From the NCBI GenBank assembly GCA_964187785.1, contig OZ076409.1:21144001-21208000 (forward strand): a DNA stretch of 64,000 bases, given 5' to 3'. The first letter of the stretch is position 1. Each line of letters begins with the position of its first letter. This DNA is from Amphiscolops sp. MND2022 (taxonomy: Eukaryota). A program made the position numbers and the translations under genes. A model generated the notes under the pieces. It ran no database searches and had not been told where the DNA came from. It saw only the letters and a program-made list of their open reading frames with translations. Shown here piece after piece: positions 1 to 12,900 of the stretch.

Positions 1-562
1 TTTCTCGTTATTCGTAGTATTTTATTCGGTCCCTAGTGATACGAATTAGGCGGATTCCACTGTAGCATTAAAATTCTTGTAAATTAAAGTCAATCACATT
101 CGGATATAAGTAGGTTTGAACAGGGCCGCAATTTTGCGGTTCGGTTGGACAAGACTGATTAGATACCAAGCGGATACAACAGTATCCCTCGACTATGAGA
201 AATGGATTACTTATTCAAGAATTGGGTACCATGTAAGACGAAAAATGAAATAGACTTTTGCTCCAAAACGATTAACTATTATTCTTGTTGATATTTGACT
301 CCATCATAAATTTAGGTTTTAATAACTTCAAATAGTTATAGTCTCAGATGGACAAATCGTACGAGATATTCCGGCAGAATCTTATCAAAAGTCCGTCCGG
401 ATAAACAAGACCGGACCTGAAATCCGGGACATCTTTAGTATAACGAAAGTTTTACGGCAGAAAATGCGGTATAAAAAATTGTTTACACTGAAAAAAACCT
501 AGTAACCTGAAAAACAAATTCAAGTTTTCAACATGCTAAGTTCTCAAAATAGTGACACTCAC

Positions 563-3500
563 CTTGGTGAGTGTCAAGGTGGAAGACATGATGACCACAG
601 TTCCTTCACTAGACCCTGTTGCTCCTGCCACGTGATCTTCAGTAGTTCTGATGACCGCGTGTTCCGTTGAATTAGGTTCAATCACTTTGGACTTGAACGT
701 CCACTCTATGCGAGGCATCTGAATCAAGGCTCCAGATTTGACCACACACATGAAAGATACATCTTCATTTAGGAGCACAGACTGTGTTTGAGGCTGCGAT
801 ACTACGTTGGGTCGAGCTGATGTCTCGGAACACTGCAATTCTGGGACCCTCAAGTCGAAGAGTTTCTGACTCCGAAATACTTCCGGGTAAGCACACCTGA
901 AACGAAACATTTGGTTAAAACAAGCTTCAAAAATTTTCAAAGTCGAGTTACAAAAACATCGATATATAGACTAAAAGTGGTATGATAAAATCATGAAATA
1001 ACATTGAACAAAAATTTCAATGTATTCAACTCAGCTAGCGAATAATTCTTAGAAAACAGCTAAAAACATTCAATTCGTATGAGGCATTTCTTTTGACCAC
1101 AAATGTATTGAATATCGGAAGACGTAAGAAACGTATGTAAAGGATACATAGTTTTTTGGAAAACAGTGAATTTCAAATCCAATGTATGAAATAAAGATGT
1201 ATTGCGAATGTAGCATAAAGACAACATGAAACGTGAAAGTATGCTTTCTAACCTGATATCTAAAGTTGCTTCAAACGATGCCGATAGCAACCACTTGGGA
1301 AGCCAGGCGACGTTGCAGTCACAATACATGTTTCTGGTCGACAGCTGCAAGAGTTGCAAACTGGGGAATAAATGGGAGAGAGGCTCTTCTGATAGCGTAG
1401 AAATAGATGTGTCCATCAACGAGAGATATTGCAATTTGGGCGAAATTTCCATCAAGATTCCATCTAAATACAACAATGATGGAACAAAATTTGTTCCTAA
1501 ACAATTATTTAATGTCGTCAGATTTATGTTCGATCCCAGTGTTCAAGTTGATATTCGAAGAAATGGGCGGTGTCCGTTAAAATCTGCTGAACTATAGAAA
1601 CGTCATTAGCCCTTAGAAACATTCGAAATGCCCATGGTGTTTTAAATGCAGGAAGGCTAGTTTTGACAAAGGATAATTTGAAGGGTAGCAAATCACTGCG
1701 AAAGGAGGGCAGCCGAGTACAACCGTTTTTGAATCCGTTCACATTAGATTAGCATTAGCACAACTTTTGACCTATGATACAACTTTGGAACAACTTTTTG
1801 AGTATAAAAATTTTTGGCATGTTGCCAAATGGACATTACCCATTTCTAGCACTAACCAGGAAGGTTTTTGATGGGGTTGCTGGACATGTTTAGATGGAGC
1901 AAATTGGGCATGCTCGCAAAGATATTGGCACTTTTTTCGAAGGAACTCAACAGGTTGTGAGCCAGGTCGAGCTTCTCCAGAGACACTAGATTAGCGAAGG
2001 CACTGTCTTCTATGTGTGTGATTTGGTTGTGCGACAAGTTGATCACCGATAGGCGCGGCGCAGTGCCCACCGGAAGAACCCTGCTTATCGAATTGTTGCA
2101 TAGGTCTAGGCTCACTATTGCCTGTACAAACTGCAGAGGCAAATTACCACCAAATACGTCTATATTGTTGTGAGACACATTTCTAAAACAAAAACATCAA
2201 TGATATCCGGCGATAATAATCCAAGAAAGAGGAGTGTTTTTGGATAATTTTGGAACGGATCCTGCAGATTGAGATCTCACAATTTCCAATTGAAAATTAG
2301 AGAGCAGAGTTTAGAAAGCTTTTTAGAATTGGCTTCAAAACTTACAGAACGGTGAGGTTATGCAGCCCAAAAAAGGTTCCATTGAGTAATCGGGTGAGTG
2401 AGTTTTGACTGAGGTCTAGTTTCTTCAGGGCGCTGAGATGGTAAAATGTGGCACTTTGGAGTTGTGCCAACCCATTTCCGTTCAAGTTTAAGGTGTCCAA
2501 TGAAACCAAACCATCGAAAGATAGCGTTTCCAGCGTTCTTATTCGATTGCTGGATAAGTCTAACGTCTGCAGCAGATTCACATTCACAAACAGTGATTGA
2601 TTTTTGTTGATGGATACTAGCTCATTGTGACTCAGAACTAAGCTTTTTAGGCTAACAAGAGGCGATAACGCTCCGGTCCCAATTGACGTGACTTTGTTGC
2701 TTTCAAGATTCCTATAAAAAGCAAAAAATGATTGTTCACCATGCGTCTAAGCAAAACAGACGGGTAGTTTGACAGACGATTTCAAGGGGAAGTCTGATGT
2801 CCCTATGATTATGCATTGTGAAGTAGTCTGTCGAGGTCAGATATGTTTACGATTATAGGGGGTCGATTATTTTTACAGTCAGAAGTTATGCGGCACCCGC
2901 GCCAAATGGGTACGTATAACAGTACAGGTACAAATTCCAAATGAATAGTTCATTCCAAAAATCAATTTTTCCTTCTTTCAGCAATCAGAATTTTTCAACA
3001 GTATTTAGTTGTCGCATCATTTTTAACACTGTGAGATGATGCCTAAGGTCTATCGCGAACGAATACGATTCACTGATAGTTACCTTGGAGAAAAGGTGTC
3101 TCATCTAACATTAGTTATCTAGCTTTTTTTACATTACAAGTGAAATGCAAGAACGAATAATAACTGTACAAAACTAACAAGCCGCGAATGGCCAAAGTCG
3201 GCGCTATATCTAAGTCTCGAAAAGCACAAAGTTTTTAAAATTGTAAAAGGTGACCCTTTGGGCTTTTTGAAACTCCAGTTAGTTGCAGAATATGAAAAAA
3301 TTAAAGGGGGACCTTTGGAGATTAAAAAAATCAAAAAATGAAATTTTTGAACAGTGTCATAGTGCCCAAATATGTAAAAGGGGAACCCTTTGGGATTTTT
3401 TAACATCCATTATGTTGCAAAATATCGAAGCAAATGAAGGGGGACCCTTTGGTGCAATCCAAAAAATTTCATAGTGCCAAGATAGTATGTTTTTGCGGTT

Positions 3501-4229
3501 CTGGACGCCGGTTTTGTTTTGGACAAGGTTCTGAGGTTTCGAGTATTTTGAACCTCCGTAGTTCACGTTGTTGAACAAATGAACAAAAAAGCGGACCTTA
3601 CGCGTCTAAACTACCCACTGTAAGCGTCGGGCTCTTTTCTTCAAAAGCGCCGACTAATAAACAGTCTCTTGTAACGATGACAGAAACTGTTCTTCATTGA
3701 ATTCAAATGTACTAACAAGCTTTCTAGTTGCACGCAGCCTTCAAAATCGTTATGACGAAGATGGCGAACTTGATTCCTTGCTATATTGAGTGACTTCAAA
3801 GATGGGAAAACATTGCAAAGGCCAGAAGGGATTTCGTTAAAATCGTTGAGTTCACTGGAAACAAAACAATTATAAGCTTCAAGTCAAGGAAAGGTCAGTG
3901 AAATTTCCTTCATAACAAAGTACTCACAGATAAAGAACTTTGATATTCTTGTTGAAACTTCGCACGGGTAGTGATGAAATATTATTTCGTCTGAGATTTC
4001 TAAAACCAAGAAAACATTTTCCATATCGAAGAATTCGACAAAACGCTAAGAGTAGATGAGAAACTTACATTACTGAAATGTGATCAGGTAAGTCATCTAT
4101 TGAAAATTGGCTGTTTATTCTCTGACTGCAATCTGCGTAATTTCGGGTGCAACTGCAAGGATCACAGAGTTGAACAATTGCCATGCAGAGTTGCAATGTT
4201 GTAGTCAGTAAAAGAAAACGAGATCCCAT
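563..4229 (-). CDS. Host multi-exon LRR + Ig-domain secreted/membrane protein (LRIG/kekkon-like), 5' part; gene continues beyond the window start
   Basis: Exons joined by GT-AG introns in consistent phase: 4229-4069 (MGSRFLLLTTTLQLCMAIVQLCDPCSCTRNYADCS: signal peptide + LRRNT), 2711-2346 and 2182-1857 (LxxLxLxxNxI repeats), 1496-1253 (LRRCT start MYCDCNVAWLPKWL), 896-563 (CAYPE...C completing LRRCT, then Ig I-set start VSFMCVV...IEWTF; ends at an AAG|GTGAGT donor). Confidence 0.88.
3175..3657. mobile_element. Non-autonomous Helentron/DINE-like (HINE) element in an intron
   Basis: Subterminal inverted repeat AGTCGGCGCT (3196-3205) / AGCGCCGACT (3646-3655), 3' stem-loop 3626-3654, internal repeats of AAGGGG-ACCCTTTGG, A-rich flanks, no TSD. 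Confidence 0.5.
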
Positions 4230-5059
4230 TCATTTCAATGTTCACATGACACTCTGAAGGCCATTCAAATATTGTGATTGAAAATAACACAAGCAAGGGA
4301 GTCAAGAATATCGATTGTAACCTAAAAATGGGAAATTACAAATACTGGAAAGGTAAACAAAAATGCTTTCCAATTTTCATCAAATTATTAGAAGGACCTG
4401 CGTAATGTCAATACTTACAATGCCAATTTACACCAATAACTGAAATCGCAATTTTTCAGCATTCAACGTAAACTGAAGACAATGAAAGAAGATCCGATGA
4501 TTTTTTTAATGTACAATGTAAAATATAGCAGAGTACAGTACTTAATTTTAAAACAATTAGGCAAGTAATGTGGACCCGTCCAGAACCTCAAGTAGTGCGG
4601 ACCCGGCATACGGAAAATTCCAATTCCATCATCAGGAGTCTCCAACCATATACCACACAAGTTCCTTGTAGTTAAAACCTTGAGAACACGTTCCCTTGTT
4701 TACTAATACTCGCGCCTGCCGGTGGTTGTCTTGAGCAATCGAGTGGAAGCAGGTCTTTTCGATGGCGAGCGTGTATACGACATAAGTTTTCGGGTCCTCT
4801 CTTTTGGTGTTTTTCGGAACCACTTACTTGAAGAGTTTCAACTTTATTGAATGGAGCTACTTAAGAGTTCAGATTGTGTCCGCACACTTAAAAATTACCT
4901 AGTTATCAGGAGTTAACCATAAGCGTTGTTTTGGACGTTTGTGGTGACTAGATTAAATGAAGTCTCAATATGATAATCAATGTATATGTAGCCCATGTTG
5001 AAGGGGGGCTTGTGAGCAAATAGTTCTGTAGTAAAAGACTTAAATTCTACTTTTCTGTA

Positions 5060-5620
5060 GATATTAAACAGCCTGATTATTTATGATTGAAAATATAAGA
5101 AACAAAAATCAACAGCAATAGCACTTCAAAAACCTTCTACAATCCGATTTATCATAGCCATATTTAAGGTAGTTTCGGAAAATATTTTTCAGTTTAGGCT
5201 TAAATGAGGTCGTGTCAAAGAAGTCAATCTCGAATTTCGATGATACGAAATTAGCTAGATTAACAACTCTGTTTATGAAAAAGCTGTCAGTGGACTTCAG
5301 TCTTGTTTTCTTTTTAAAGAGAAGTTTTCGTGATGAAAATCGGGTGTCATAATGGCGGAGAGGTTCTTTGTAGAGCAGTCCTGAACATATCGGAGAATCG
5401 TTCACAATACATTGATGTAGGAATAGGAGGTCGTTCAACTGAAACAGCAGAGAAAAGGGAAGCAAATTCCTTCGCTGAGCTGTTAGTACCGATTGATGAA
5501 AACACGATAAGAGAATTCAGTTCAATTTAGAGGTTTCCACAAATTACTCGAACTTAAAAAGAGCCGCCGCTGCGAAAGTTATACAATCTAATGAGCTACT
5601 GGAGCTCTTTGCACAAAACC
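5060..5620 (-). mobile_element. Degenerate 3' fragment of a LINE ORF2
   Basis: ORF 5109-5465 (LNDLLFLHQCI...TDSFFINRVVNLAN) resembles the C-terminal tail of CR1/L2/Jockey-group ORF2 and parallels the tail of the neighbouring LINE ORF. Boundaries approximate. Confidence 0.6.
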
Positions 5621-5729
5621 CTAACACTACATTCTGCATTGAACTAATGCGAAAGATCCAAAAAAGCTGAGAACACAGGCATGGAAATCGACAATCATTT
5701 TCCAGCTCCAGAATCTGATAATATTAATG

Positions 5730-6778
5730 ATAATAATAATAATAAAGACTTTAGGGTTGCCCCAAGGAATTTGCATTCCCGGTTGTTTATCATGAAGTCT
5801 AGTTTCTTGATGTTTTTGCAGTTCGAACATGCACAGGACAGACGCCATGAGCAAATGTTAGCAGGATCGTAGTGTTTGCGGAAGTAAGTCCAGTAGACAT
5901 GTAGTATCTCTCTCTTCGGGTTTTCTGTGGAGTGTACGTCTCTGCCAATTGCGCTGCCCAGTTTGTTTGCGAGGTAACAAGCTCTTGTCCAGAAATCATT
6001 TCCTTCTTTAGCTGTATTGCACTGACGTGTTTTGAATACCGACAGATTTTCAGATCTCGTGGGTTGTGTGACTTTGGTAACATTCAGGTAATTTGTCCAG
6101 TTCAAGTTGTATTTCTTATGAATGATGTCTACGAGTGGTAAAAGTACATGTAATTCGTGGTAAAGTGAAAGTGGCAGTAACTTGAGTCTCAGCAGAGTTT
6201 CTTTGTAACTTTCTCTCCGTCCAGTGATCCACCTCACAGCTTTTTCTTGCACACTTTCAGTATGTCTGAGGTCGGTCTTTGAGGCTTTCCAGAGAACTGC
6301 TCCGTAGGATACGATGGGAACAATGTAGCTTTTGTACAAGCTTTTCTTCGAAGTTTCGGAAGTTTTCCATGAGACATTTCGCTTTATTAAGAAGAGTGAT
6401 CTCACTGCTTTTTCACATCGTCTCCCAGCTTGTTCTTTCCAGGTCAGCGATTTCGAGACTATGATGCCTAAATCTTTTTCAACTTCTGCTTGCTGAATGG
6501 TAATTTCACTCATTTTGACAGTAGATGTCCCTTTGAAACTGACAGTTTTGCACTTTTTCAAATTTAGGCTCATCATGTTATTCTGGCACCATTTCCATAT
6601 CCGATGGGCATCAACTTGGAGAGTGACTGGATTTGTGGCAATTACTTTATAGTCATCAGCGTAACCAAAACACTTGGACATGATCTGCTGTGGGAGATTG
6701 TTAATGAAGATATTGAAGAGCATGGGTCCGACTATTGAGCCTTGCGGTACTCCACTAAGAACATTTTCGACATTTGAC
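5730..6778 (-). mobile_element. 5'-truncated CR1/L2-type LINE, RT C-terminal part (3' piece; the 5' piece is at 22157-22303)
   Basis: GVPQGSIVGPMLFNIFINNL, YADD and EKDLGI RT motifs; (TTA)n tail at ~5730-5745. Confidence 0.92.
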
Positions 6779-8822
6779 TGTCACAACCCGCTCCCGGTCA
6801 GGATTTTTCTTGCTGCGGGGGAATTCCGCAGTTCTCAAGAGGAAAAGGCCACGGAAGAACAATGCAAAGCTGAGTATAAGTAAACCTTAATTAATGACTT
6901 ACCTTTCTTCAAACTGCAGCACGAATTAAATTTAACGGAAGCGCAACGTAAAATATCCAAAAGTGACTTTAAGCGAAATAGAATTTCCGGTTTAATGTTT
7001 TCACACGCAACCATTTTATTACTTCCGGTTTCGACTACTGAAAATTCCATGCCAATCTAAATACTAAAAAAGAAACATTCTCAACGCTGGGATCAATTTT
7101 TCTTTTCTCCACACTAAAATGAAAACATTAAAACATTATTTAATTTCGCGATTCCAACGGAACACTTACGATCTAAAAAAAAAGACATAGAAATAGTATA
7201 GTAGATTTGTTTTCAAAGTTTGGAGTAGCTGTAAAAAGCCACTCAAATCACAGTCAAGTAATTTGAGCAAACCTTTACATCAATATGACGGCGTCGCTCG
7301 AATAAGCAAAATGCTGGTGTTTCTAATTTTACGGACCAATAGCGTTATAGCAAAAACCGGCTATTTGCGCTCGAGCTAATAAGAACCATTCTAGTGACGT
7401 CATTAGGAATGAATTTAAAGAAGGCGAATCACTCCGTTCTAGCGCCGCTAGCAGCTAAGAAAATTATAGTTAATCTTAATACGTACGGAGCGCTTACGGG
7501 ATGAATTGTAAATCGATGAAGTTATACCCAATCTTAATACATGTAGAACAATAATGGTAAAATCTGAAAGACAGGAACTATCCTAATACCCCAAAATGCT
7601 CCTTAAACCACGCAGAATTGCATCTGAATATTCAAAATATCATAAGTTTTAAATATTACCTCCCCGAATTTTACCCGTTCTATAGTTAATTGAAATGCTC
7701 GTGCTGCAGGCTGAAATAGAGGAAATGAATGAACAAAAGGTGCTTTCCTTCAATTCAAGGAAAAACATTTGTTGTGTGATCATTGTGTTACGTTTATTGG
7801 GCTGAATGGTTTAGCTATTTTTGTTGGAATGTATGTAAAATCAGAATTGGAACAATGTTGCATCAAATTATGTGTTAATTCAGTCCTTGAACTGCACTGG
7901 TCATTTTCCAGCATCATTTGTTCCTTCTCAGAATACCTTAGTACGTTAGTTCAAAATTCATCCGCGATATTTCCGTAATCAATTTTGCTTGTCATTCTTT
8001 TGCCGCGAAAGGAAACTTTTCGCTAGTCACAAAGTGAATCACTGTTCACGCCCGCGTGTTTTTCTCGATGAGAATTCAACTAGACAACTATTTTGCCGCC
8101 TTTTCGCGATCATACCGGAAATGAGATTAATGAACAAAAATGATTTCAACAAGTATCCCGTAAGGGAGCCGTGACTAGGAATTTTAAACCGTGAACAATT
8201 AATAGAAGGGTTGGAATAATAAGGATAATTAAGCTTTTTTGATGAACAAAACCGATTCTAAGGATTCCTAGGAAATTTTAGGTGAGGAACAAATGATGCT
8301 GTGAAAGTATATATACCTAGGGATTTGTAAAATAAGTCAATCTGTTTCTTAATATGCTACGTTAATACTTCGTTTTGAAAACCATATTTTCTTTGAAGAA
8401 TTCGAGTTTTCCAAAGAACAACCTTTCACTTCTACTAAAAATGACTACAAGAAGCCAGAAAAGAAAAGCTGTTGAGGAACAAGTCTCTACTGAAATTGAG
8501 ACTCCGATACCTGAGACTAGTCAGAACCTAAACCCCGTAGCGGGAACGAGCAAATCCCCTAGAGTACTCACTGAAAATCTAGAAGAAATCAAGTCTTCTC
8601 TAAGGAAAGAGATCGTGTCTGATCTTACTAAAATCTTGGCTGAAAACCAAAAGTAAATGTTGAAACTAATAGCTCCTACGTCTAAAAAACAACCCATCAT
8701 AACAGCTGCTGAAGAAACAGACTCTGAGTCCAAAAGCGTTCCGGAAAATGCAACCTCGACTCCAATTAAAGCCAAAACTACTGCGACTACTCGTAAAATT
8801 ACACCGGTGAATAGTCGTAACA
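6779..8822 (+). repeat. 5' LTR (2044 bp)
   Basis: TGTCACAACCCG...TAGTCGTAACA; collinear with 20106-22151; TATA-like TATATATA at 8308-8315. Confidence 0.96.
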
Positions 8823-9850
8823 TGGTGACAGGAGTCCTCAATGACTCCACAAATCTGGGGAAAAAGAAGACGCGACCACACCGTCCACAAAGTCTGCCAC
8901 CCAATGAATGACCCTCAACATCAAGACTACTATTCGCTCCTCAGCCGGAAATCCATCCACCACCTCAACCGCTTTCAATGCCAAAAGCACTCACTGCATC
9001 TCTACCTGTGTTTGATGGTAAGTCCGAAAAATTCGAACTTTTTGAGGACTTATTCCGAAACAACGTTAAAATGTACCCACATCTAACAGAAATTCAAAAA
9101 ATCAACCGCTTCCACTCACTACTACGAGGCAATGCACTACAAGCATTTTGCAACTTAGACGATGCCAAAAAAGATAACTTAGAGGAGGTAATTACGGCAT
9201 TCAAACGGCGCTTCGGAGATTTTCAATCTTCGGCCAAGGCGAGATGCGAATGGGACTCGCTACATTTTGATCCAACCAAGCAAAAACTACATGAATTTTT
9301 GGACACACTACAAAAAACTGCTAAAGAAGCGTTCGGCTCAGAAGCACAAAAATTTATAGACAAGGCTATATACGCCAAAATCCCGGAAAAAGAGATTCTT
9401 AACCGAGCCTACCTCGAGGACAAACTCGATAACGACATTGTCCTACATCTTGAACGAGAGATGCGCCTCAATGGTCTAGGAACCCCAGACGAAACCACGC
9501 TAGTACCACTAAATACGGTCGACGTCGTCAGCCCGGAACCAAAAAAGGAAGTCAACCAACGAGGAAACTGTTTCCACTGTGGCAAATATGGGCATTATAA
9601 AACCCAATGCCGTAAATTACGAAAAGGCCGCTACTATGAAACTAAAGCACAGAACGGCATTCCCAACACTCACGAACCACCCAAACCAAAATGCGACACT
9701 TGCGGAAAACTCCACAAAACTGAGAACCGCTGGTACGGAGCTAATGCGGCGAAGGACCCTAGGAAGAAACGACACGAGTTCGCCACACCCACGAAAAAAA
9801 AATCAACGAACAACCAAACCCCTCTATTGAAATCCAGCCAAAAAAACTAA
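8441..9850 (+). pseudogene. gag: gag starting inside the 5' LTR; two in-frame stops (8654, 8909)
   Basis: ORFs 8375-8656, 8657-8911 and 8978-9850 share one frame. The 3' LTR has GAA where the 5' LTR has TAA, so the first stop is a point mutation. Zinc knuckle CFHCGKYGHYKTQC plus a second CDTCGKLH motif. Confidence 0.88.
8823..8835 (+). promoter_or_regulatory. Primer-binding site (tRNA-primed, possibly Leu)
   Basis: TGGTGACAGGAGT immediately after the LTR-terminal CA; TGG pairs with tRNA CCA. tRNA identity is tentative. Confidence 0.7.
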
Positions 9851-9900
9851 GAACGCCGCGCCTCCGCCGCTTCGGGGAAACGGTAGACGCAAGGCGTACA
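9841..9900 (+). promoter_or_regulatory. Putative -1 ribosomal frameshift signal (A AAA AAC followed by a GC-rich stem)
   Basis: Slippery heptamer at 9841-9847 directly before the gag stop, followed by ACGCC...GGCGT complementary segments; similar signal at ~45235-45290 in the related element. Confidence 0.6.
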
Positions 9901-12900
9901 CATTAGAAGACCCCCCAAATAGGTATGAAGAAGACTTCCTCACAGAATGCAATGAGGAACCCACCCAAGACTGGCAACGTCGATGGAACGTAGGCATGAT
10001 ACTTAGACATAATGCCCGACACCCAGAAGACCCAACACCACTGCCCCAATGGATAACAGAATCACCCGATAACTACGCGACACTAAAAAGACCCAACCAG
10101 AATCAAAGACCGAACGCATCTACATATATGATAGAGACTATAGATGTGATCCCTGGGACGAACCAAACATCTATGACACAAACAAACTCTCCTTTAAAAT
10201 TCAAGTTTCAAATCCTCAGGCCCAATTCGCCGAGGGCACAAACTTACCATCACCACCGTCACCAATCCTCAAAAAGACAACACAGTCCCCGCCAGTACCC
10301 GTCACCACCCCGTACACACCAATAGATGCAGAGAAAATCATCTGCTTCGAGGATAAAACAATATGGACACAACAAGACAGAGAACAACGGAGGAAAGCCG
10401 ATCATACAGTGTCACCCCCAACAACAGCACCTGAATTACCAACTCAAGACAACAACCATGAAGACGAAGAAGTAACGGAATGCCCACAACAACTGCCATA
10501 TGACCTCAACATCATAAAAGAATGCATACAGCATGACAAAGACGACGACTACATTCCGCTAATGTCAGCAATTACCCTCAAAAGAATGCTCTTCATCCCC
10601 CTTGACTTTGAAAACACTAGAATTGATGCACTAGTTGACTCGGGAGCCTACATTAACGTCATCAGCGAAAGAGACGCAGACAAGATACAAACTGAAGCCA
10701 ATGCAACCATAATTGCGAAGGCACTTCCGCCCCCTTTCAAGATACAATATGCCAACACCGAACTTGAAAAAGCTCGAGCAACATACGCAATGAAGTTCAA
10801 AATCGGGGACTACGCGTTCGAAGAGACCTTCATCATCATGACCAAAACACCTTACCCAATCATCGGCCTGGCATTCCTCCGGAAACATTCCGCCATCCTA
10901 GATACTGCACAAGGAACAATAGACTTTCCTAAAATACAAATCACCCTAGCCTTAAAGGATGAAAGACAAAAGTGCAACCCCAAACCCATCACCATCAAGA
11001 CGGAAGAAAAACACACCATACCAGCACAAGCCACGCGGATTATCCACGCGTCCATTACTGCAAGTAACGACCACCCAATAACTGGGACAGTTCAACCTCT
11101 ACCACAGTTCGACGAAAATGCAAAACTTATAATAGCCCCAGCAATAACAACAGCTCGAGACAAACGAGTCGCGATAAAAATAGCGAACACCACAGACTTC
11201 TCCTATACAGTAACGCCACATACTAAACTAGCAGAATTACAAATACTGAAACCTTAAGAAATGAATATGATACGAGCAGTAGATATAGCAGCCCTCAATC
11301 TACTCACCGAACACAACGATGTTGTCGCGTACGTTAATGCACTAATGCAAGTTGATTCGCCAGAACAAACAGAAGAGAAATTCTGGTTCCCAACTCCTGA
11401 AAATCCCGGAGACGAATCGGAACACACACCCATCCAACAGCGCATTCTACGAGAACTACGCGAACTACAAAGATCAGAAGAACTAGACACCAAACAAGAC
11501 GAAAACTCCAGATCACAATTCCTCTCATTGTTCAAATGGAATGATATGTTAATAACGGGAGAAGACCGTGAATATCTAGAGTCCATACTAGTTGAATTCA
11601 ACGACATCTTCGCACGTCACCGGCTGGACATCGGAATGAACAACCAGTTCAAGGTACGCCTAACTCCCAAAAACGACAAGCCGGTGTACACACAAAGCCT
11701 ACCAGTACCCATCAACCTCAAAGATGACCTAACTGTAGAGCTAGCACTGATGCACAAATACGGGATCATCACAACCCTACCCTTCTCCAAATACGCCAGC
11801 CCCATCTTCGCACAACGCAAACCCAAGACTTAAGGAAGATCAATGCACTCATCTCAGATGACTATATCAACAACAACCACCCCAGCAACACCCTCTCAGA
11901 TGCCGCACAACACCTAGCGGGGAAGCAGTTGTTTTGCAAACTCGATTGCTCACAAGCCTACCACTGTCTCCAAATGGCAGATCAAAGGTCAGTAGAACTC
12001 CTTGCATTTAGTTTTGCTAGTAGAACGTTTGCCTATCGTAGGCTAGCCCAAGGACTTAGTAGAGCCTTGTCAGCCTTTTCGAGCTTCAAGCGGGAATACC
12101 TCGACACCGTCATCAAAGCAGACCAGTGTGCCCAATATGTGGACGATATCGGGATTGCCGCTAACACAACGGAACAACTCATCAAGAACATCAGAGCAGT
12201 CTTCAAATGCATCCGCAAAGCCGGACTAAAACTCACAATCGAAAAATGCCACTTCGGTGTCACCCAAATCGAATTTCTTGGAAGAACCATCACACCTCAC
12301 GGAGTAGCACCGCAAGACCACAAAATCACCAACTTTTTGTCTTGTCAAAAATCAGATTTCCCCGATCAAAGAAACAAGTCCAGAAAAACATTGAATTCAT
12401 CAACTACTACAGAAACTACATACCAAGACTGTCCGAAAAGATGATTGGAATGTACGAACTCCTAAAAGCAGATGCAAAAATCACCATATCAGAAGAAATA
12501 GTCGACAACTTCAAAGCCATCAACGCAAGCCTAGCGGAAGCATGTGGACTAGCCCTCAGACAACCAGTTGCGGGAAAACAATACGTACTAATGACGGACG
12601 CAAGTTTCCGAGCATCAGGCTACGCTCTAATGATAGAAGAAAACGACGATAAAAAACTACTCTCCAAACTAAAAACTTTCGCACCGGTTGCTTTTGGTTC
12701 CCGCGTATTCTCTCCGTCACAACTAAAAATGTCAATATACTGCAGAGAGTTCCTTGCCATTTACCACGCATTCCTAGAATACAGTCACATCTTATGGGAA
12801 ACGACATTACCAACCCTAGTATTAACAGACAACAGATCAGTAACACGATTCTTCCAAACAAAGACAACGCCACACGCCCTCTGGAACGCCTGTGACTACG

